From NCBI GenBank assembly GCA_041489255.1, contig JBGPQV010000013.1, positions 1 to 64,000 of the forward strand: a DNA stretch of 64,000 nt, read 5' to 3'. Origin of the DNA: Thermoplasmata archaeon. GTDB taxonomy: Archaea > Thermoplasmatota > Thermoplasmata > RBG-16-68-12 > JAFNFQ01. The notes under the pieces were generated by a model. It had not been told where the DNA came from and searched no databases. It was given only the letters and a program-made list of their open reading frames with translations. The translations under genes were made by a program, and so were the position numbers. This document shows positions 59,410 to 64,000 of the stretch, piece after piece (position 1 is the first letter of the stretch; each line of letters begins with the position of its first letter).

Positions 59410-59529
59410 GTCCATTGCGGCAGCCTCACCATTCTCCATCCCCCGGTGATCCACCTCACGTTCCTCTCGTCCAGCCTCACCATTCTCAGACCCGGCTGGG
59501 GAAGGGTGGAGTGATTTCAGGACATCACA
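59410..59529 (-). mobile_element. Left-end scar of an IS481-family-like element
   Basis: Minus strand begins TGTGATGTCCTGAAAT (IS481-type TGT terminus). ATG at 59483 gives MVRLDERNVRWI, then after a frameshift RGMENGE, resembling archaeal IS481 transposase N-termini as I recall them. Confidence 0.5.
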
Positions 59530-59585
59530 GCCGATGACTATCCTACAAAGGTTTATATATTTACCAATTCAATATCAGAATCATC

Positions 59586-60359
59586 ATGGTAAGCCTGATG
59601 AAATCCATGCTTGTAAATGAATCGGTCCGTGGGCTGGCCGAAGCCTGGGGAGTGAGCCCGGAGCAGGCGGTGGTGCGTCTCCGGCGGGTCCCGTTCGTCG
59701 TCTTCAGCCACCCGGGAGTCAGGGGCGGGGGAAGAGGACGCCCCGGTCGGAGAGTCTCGCTGGACCCCCGCTGGCGGTTCTGGGAACACGCGGGCAGGAG
59801 GCCCCTCAGGAGCCTCGTCATCTGCCTGCGCACGCTCCATCAGCTGGGTGAGCCGTTCGCCCTCGGGGTCCCATTCACGAGCACGTTCTGGCGGCCATTC
59901 CTCCATCCCGAAGTGAGGATCCTGGTGCCCCCGGAGACGTACAGCGTCTGGATGCACCTGTTTGCCGGCACATCGGGGGGCCTCGGCGTGGTCGTGGATA
60001 TGCTCCCGGATTCGGCCGGGTCCGTGGAGGTCGAAGGCCTGCCCGTACTCGAGCGATCCTTCGCGGTGGTGGATGCACTGCAGGAGTACGAACGGCTGCC
60101 GAACATGAACCTCCTCGCGCTCGCGGACTGGATTGCGCACGGCACGCCAGACATGAGCTCAGTACGCCGGACCGCGACGGCGCGGGCCCTCGACGGTGAT
60201 CTTGAATACCTTGGGGATCACAGGTGCAGCGGCGGGGCCCGGGTCCTGGAGCATAGGACTGTCAGGGAGGCTCACCGCCTCGCGGCGGAGATGTCGCGCG
60301 TGCCCGAAGGAACGACCTTTGATGAGCTGTTGGACCGGGAGCGGGTCAAGCTTGATTGA
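59586..60359 (+). CDS. Divergent AbiEi-like antitoxin (N-terminal HTH)
   Basis: SVRGLAEAWGVS HTH; VEGLPVL....VVDAL C-terminal motif; TATA TTTATATA at 59552-59559. Confidence 0.6.
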   Translation: MVSLMKSMLVNESVRGLAEAWGVSPEQAVVRLRRVPFVVFSHPGVRGGGRGRPGRRVSLDPRWRFWEHAGRRPLRSLVICLRTLHQLGEPFALGVPFTSTFWRPFLHPEVRILVPPETYSVWMHLFAGTSGGLGVVVDMLPDSAGSVEVEGLPVLERSFAVVDALQEYERLPNMNLLALADWIAHGTPDMSSVRRTATARALDGDLEYLGDHRCSGGARVLEHRTVREAHRLAAEMSRVPEGTTFDELLDRERVKLD

Positions 60360-60942
60360 GCCACCGCCGAAGGACCTGACGCTGCAGCAGGCGGCCGAAT
60401 GGATGATCCGCGCGCTGCACGATGAGGAATTCAAGATTCTTCTATGCGGACGCTCGGCTCTTGACTATCAGGGAGAATACACGGGCAGCATCGACGCCGA
60501 CATCCTTGTCGGGGCCGACTTCAAAGGAGCCTCGTCGGTTCTGGATGCATACGTGCGCAGGGGCGACCTCTATCCCGCCGGTGCGGTCCCGCGCAGCGTC
60601 GCGCGCTACATGGTCCGGGGGGAAAAGCCAGTGGACGTGATCGACGTCAGCGGCGTGCATTCCAGATTGTTTGATCTGCTCTGGAAGGAGGCGAGCGAGG
60701 AGATCGACATGGGTTCTGCCGGCATGGTACGGGCTGTCACCAGGGAGGGATACTTCGTGCTCGCGATCATGATAGGCCTGAAGGGCTTCGCGCGCAGTAA
60801 GGAGGATCCCATGTTGAAAGTCAGGGAGGCATGGGGGCTGTTCGGGCGGAGAACAGACGGGCGGAGGGTCGACGAGCTGCTCGGCAAGCTGGGGGCGAAG
60901 AAGAGGCTGGGAGAGATTGTGCCTCCCCTCCCGCCCACGTGA
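60352..60942 (+). CDS. Divergent nucleotidyltransferase (AbiEii/MenT-like)
   Basis: LCGRSAL..QG...SIDADIL, later VDVI; TTG start overlaps the upstream stop (TTGATTGA). Confidence 0.65.
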   Translation: MIEPPPKDLTLQQAAEWMIRALHDEEFKILLCGRSALDYQGEYTGSIDADILVGADFKGASSVLDAYVRRGDLYPAGAVPRSVARYMVRGEKPVDVIDVSGVHSRLFDLLWKEASEEIDMGSAGMVRAVTREGYFVLAIMIGLKGFARSKEDPMLKVREAWGLFGRRTDGRRVDELLGKLGAKKRLGEIVPPLPPT

Positions 60943-61093
60943 AATTCCGATAGCCTCACGGTCGCCGGTAGGTTACCAGCCTTCAACCGCTCCATGCTCC
61001 TCAGGTCCTTCCCGCTCCAAAGCGGAGTTTCGAGGAAGTCACACTACCGTCGCGGAGTAACATCCATAATCTAAGAACTCTTCATATGCGTTG

Positions 61094-61372
61094 ATGGAAT
61101 CATACATAAGCAAGGTCACATCGGCTGGCCAGCTGACGCTCCCCAAGAAGATCCGCAAAGGCCTCGGGCTGAAGGGGGGCGAATATGTGGAAGTCGCCCT
61201 CCTGGGGAAGGCGGTCGTAATCCGCCGCCTCCAGGAGGAGGATGAGATGCTGAAGGTGATCCGCCGCAAGGTCAGGAAGAGCGGTCTGACGAGGGCCCGG
61301 GTCCAGGAGCTCGTGGACGAAGCGAGGGGAGCCCCAGCATCGTCGAAAACCCTAGACGATGCGGAATCCTAA
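61094..61372 (+). CDS. AbrB/MazE-family DNA-binding protein (orphan antitoxin)
   Basis: SKVTSAGQLTLPKKIRKGLGLKGGE. Confidence 0.88.
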   Translation: MESYISKVTSAGQLTLPKKIRKGLGLKGGEYVEVALLGKAVVIRRLQEEDEMLKVIRRKVRKSGLTRARVQELVDEARGAPASSKTLDDAES

Positions 61373-61542
61373 AAGTTTAGGCGATGCTCGATGCGCCAGA
61401 GGCGCACATGTTGTCTGAATCGGATGCCGATGCATGGAATCCAACCGCAATCGATCTGGTGGACACGGAGTAACATCAGGAATCCGTGAACGAGAGCGAA
61501 TCCGAATAGCGAATTGAACGTTGGCAGCGCGATGCCAATCTC

Positions 61543-62274
61543 CTAGAGAAGCGCGACCAGCCTCGAGAACCATTCACGCGCGGCATCGTTGGACAGACCG
61601 TATCGGTTGGCTCCCGCCATCGCAAGCTCTTCGCGCTGAAGCATCTTCAGGAGGAATGGATATCTTTCCAGCTCCTTTCCCAGAGCGGAGAAGTCCAGCT
61701 GCGGGCCTCGCGTCGGGTCGAGCAGGGCCAGCAGGTCGCCCATGTCCTTGGCGAGCTTGCCCCGCTCGTATGCGGCGTTGTCAGAGCGCCCGTTGTCGAG
61801 CCGCCAGCTCCGATCCCAGGCGGCTTTCGCTTTCAGGATGAAGAGCTTCTCCTCGGCGGGAACGGGCAGCTCGATCCCCTCGAATCTGCGCCACACCATT
61901 CCGGGGAAGACCGACCGTAAGGGGTATTCCGCCCGCCTGCCCTCGAACCTGAAGATAGCATCCGCCCTCAGGAATTCCACAACCATGCTGCCTCCAGATG
62001 TGGTCTTCCTCAGCGCCAGAAGTCCCTCGCCCTCGTCTCTCCGAGGCACGAAGCTTCGCTTGTCCCTCAGCCATTGCATCAACGCCTTCCGCTCGCCGCG
62101 GGCGCTCAGGAGGTCGATGTCCTGAGAACCGAACCACGGGTTGTAGGCGTGCACCGCCCAGCCACCGATGAGGCACAGGCGAAATCCTGTTTTCGAGCCT
62201 CTGTCGCGCACCCACCGCGCCATGTGGGCCAGCTCGTCCAGGGAGTCCCGGATCAGCTGGTCGTCAGCGAGCAC
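61543..62274 (-). CDS. AbiEii-like nucleotidyltransferase toxin
   Basis: LIGGWAV....GSQDIDL, LKAKA, KDMGD. Confidence 0.82.
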   Translation of the reverse strand: MLADDQLIRDSLDELAHMARWVRDRGSKTGFRLCLIGGWAVHAYNPWFGSQDIDLLSARGERKALMQWLRDKRSFVPRRDEGEGLLALRKTTSGGSMVVEFLRADAIFRFEGRRAEYPLRSVFPGMVWRRFEGIELPVPAEEKLFILKAKAAWDRSWRLDNGRSDNAAYERGKLAKDMGDLLALLDPTRGPQLDFSALGKELERYPFLLKMLQREELAMAGANRYGLSNDAAREWFSRLVALL

Positions 62275-63253
62275 CGGCTTTCACCGCCGCGAGAGCGAGC
62301 TCGAACCAGTCCCTCCCCATGCCCGCCAGGTCGAGCACCGCCTGCGAGGGAGAGACGATGGGGACTCCGTCCCGGCGTTCGATGTCCATCTGCCTGTCCG
62401 GGCTGTACACGTGGACCCGGATCCCGCCCTCGTCCTTGAGGCCCTCGAGAGGGGCCGTGGATGACAGGTAGACGTCCAACCGGTCCACGCTCCTGGTGTA
62501 GTCGGAGGAAAGCAGCAGGTGGGCCGGCCCGGTGACGGCGAACAGGGCTCCAACCGCCTCGCTGCGGCGTGCAAGCTCTCGCGCGAGATCCACGGGCCGG
62601 CGGGAGGCAGTGGTCACCTCGCACCTCTGCAGGGCGAGCAGAGGCCTCTCCCAGGCGGCGCCGCTGAGAAGGCGGTTCACGTCGGTGACCTCGACTTTGC
62701 CTCCCCGTTGCCGTGCGAGTCCCTGCATGATCAACGCGGACACCGTCCTGTGGCACCAAGCGTAGGAGACCCCGGAGGTCAGCGACAGGGACCTGATGGA
62801 GGCCGGTGAGCGGAGGAGAGCGAACACGACGCGCCATGCCGAAGGAGACGTGATCTTGCCCCCGGCCGTGGTCCTGGGCTGCCGGGTGCTCCGGAGCAGC
62901 CGCGGGTTGAGGCGCAGGAAAAGGGTCTGGTTCCCCTTCTTCAACTTCTTCAGGGAGTTCAAGAGGTAATCGGTTTCTTCGCTGATCGACGGCGCTGCAA
63001 TCACAAAACAGAGCGATCGGCGGGATGCCAGGCCAAGCTTCGACAGGAGGTATTCGCCCTGGAAGTGAAGTTGTGCGACGGCTGCCGGAGAGGGGGTGCT
63101 GCGCTTGACCTCGACGACGAAGAGGGTCTTGCCGTCGTCGAAGGCGAGATCTGGACGTACGAAGCCCTGATAGGCGTCCAAGCGTAGGGGCTTGGCGTCG
63201 GGCGAGGGCAGCCGGTGCCTGACGAAGTCTGCGAGATTCTCCGCGTCTCCCAT
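62264..63253 (-). CDS. AbiEi-like type IV antitoxin (PD-(D/E)xK-like, HTH and C-terminal domains)
   Basis: RPDL..VVEVKR; SIRSLSLTSGVSYAW; VTG; GVPIVSPSQAVLDL. Confidence 0.82.
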   Translation of the reverse strand: MGDAENLADFVRHRLPSPDAKPLRLDAYQGFVRPDLAFDDGKTLFVVEVKRSTPSPAAVAQLHFQGEYLLSKLGLASRRSLCFVIAAPSISEETDYLLNSLKKLKKGNQTLFLRLNPRLLRSTRQPRTTAGGKITSPSAWRVVFALLRSPASIRSLSLTSGVSYAWCHRTVSALIMQGLARQRGGKVEVTDVNRLLSGAAWERPLLALQRCEVTTASRRPVDLARELARRSEAVGALFAVTGPAHLLLSSDYTRSVDRLDVYLSSTAPLEGLKDEGGIRVHVYSPDRQMDIERRDGVPIVSPSQAVLDLAGMGRDWFELALAAVKAGAR

Positions 63254-63257
63254 ATGC

Positions 63258-63304
63258 CTATATCGCTATGTGGTGGATAGTATTTATACATATCAGTGAT
63301 ATAG
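63258..63304. promoter_or_regulatory. Inverted-repeat operator flanking the TATA box of the AbiEi-like operon
   Basis: CTATATCGCT (63258) and AGTGATATAG (63295) match 9/10; TATAAATA lies on the minus strand between them. Confidence 0.6.
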
Positions 63305-63766
63305 CGCGCCTAGGGTGCCCCCTCCGGCCCGGTCTGTCCCATGACTGGGGTGCGTTGTTGGCGGCGGTTCTTTTCGCAAACATGGCGTTGCACAGGCAGG
63401 GAATGGCTCTGGGGCTTCCAGGCGCCCGAGCGGAGAAAGCGATGGCCTTCCGAAAGCACTTGGAGCCCTGCCTGCAGAGGGACTCAGGAGGGAACGCCCC
63501 GGGTTAGATATTCGCGCAAAAAAGGATTAGCGGGAAGGCCTAACAGCGGACCGCCGTCTTCCTTCCCGTATGCACCTATGGCGTCTTCCCGTATATTGCC
63601 CTTCCGTCCGGAATCATCACCTTCGCGGGCGGGGATTGAGTGAGGCTTTCCCCGAACGCCCTCGACTGGCAACCGCCATCGCCGACGCCCCTCTCCATCT
63701 TGACGCCGTGCCGCATCATGGCCCTCTTCACGGGGTCAAGAAGACGCAGCCCGAACCTGTTGCCCC

Positions 63767-63858
63767 CCTTCCATCCCTTTCAAACTCCTCGAAGATCGAA
63801 CGGCCGATGCTCATTTGACCGCACGGATGGAATGCACTTGGGGCATTCAAGCCATCAG
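63767..63858 (-). pseudogene. 5' fragment plus promoter of a DUF559 gene paralog
   Basis: MSIGRSIFEEFERDGR vs MNIGRSIFRELERDGR; DNA aligns with 59313-59403 including the upstream region. Confidence 0.85.
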
Positions 63859-64000
63859 ACGTCGAGAGCGGTGGATTAGAGATTCCTCTCGGCTTTGAAC
63901 GGGGACATCAGGCATCATCCGCCTAGCACATCAGCAGGAAGATCCATAGCGGGACGAGCACGATGTCACCGCGGCGCTCCAGCGTCGAGCGGGTCACCAC

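Noticed and set aside
51403-63900. Integron cassette array
   Set aside because: No attC-like RYYYAAC...GTTRRRY structures were found in the spacers examined, there is no IntI, genes have their own promoters, and orientations are mixed.

Overview
This is a high-GC archaeal chromosomal segment. The evidence is a class I CCA-adding enzyme, a PAC2 proteasome chaperone, an AbrB-PhoU regulator, four-subunit POR, an archaeosortase, and TATA boxes about 25-30 nt upstream of leaderless starts. The gene content suggests Thermoplasmatota (inference). Layout: (1) 1-1.8 kb is accessory: the 3' end of a polymorphic toxin with a PD-(D/E)xK nuclease tip, a coupled immunity gene, a DpnI-type winged-helix relic missed by the ORF track, a 12 x 11-bp phased repeat array and a 26-bp palindrome. 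(2) 1.9-19.5 kb is mostly core: cca, PAC2, malic enzyme, acs, an inserted Fic gene, hypFDCE, porGDAB, phoU-like, prs. (3) 19.6-36.1 kb is a surface-glycosylation island: DegT, FemAB-like GNAT, archaeosortase fused to a RING-like finger, UDP-Glc dehydrogenase, three GTs, flippase, methyltransferases, deacetylase, galU. It carries a duplicated promoter and a decayed partial MFS duplicate. (4) 36-51 kb holds transporters, a PP-loop-less ThiI/THUMP protein, Zn-ribbon membrane proteins and a ~2000-aa beta-helix/Kelch/TSP3 surface protein. (5) 51.5-64 kb is a toxin-antitoxin-rich island: two PIN pairs, two AbiEi/AbiEii-like pairs, orphan antitoxins, a gingipain-like C25 peptidase, an IS481-like scar, and one intact plus two fragmentary DUF559 nuclease copies. 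No rRNA, tRNA, CRISPR array, integrase or reverse transcriptase was seen. All family calls come from motif recognition by eye, not from database searches.
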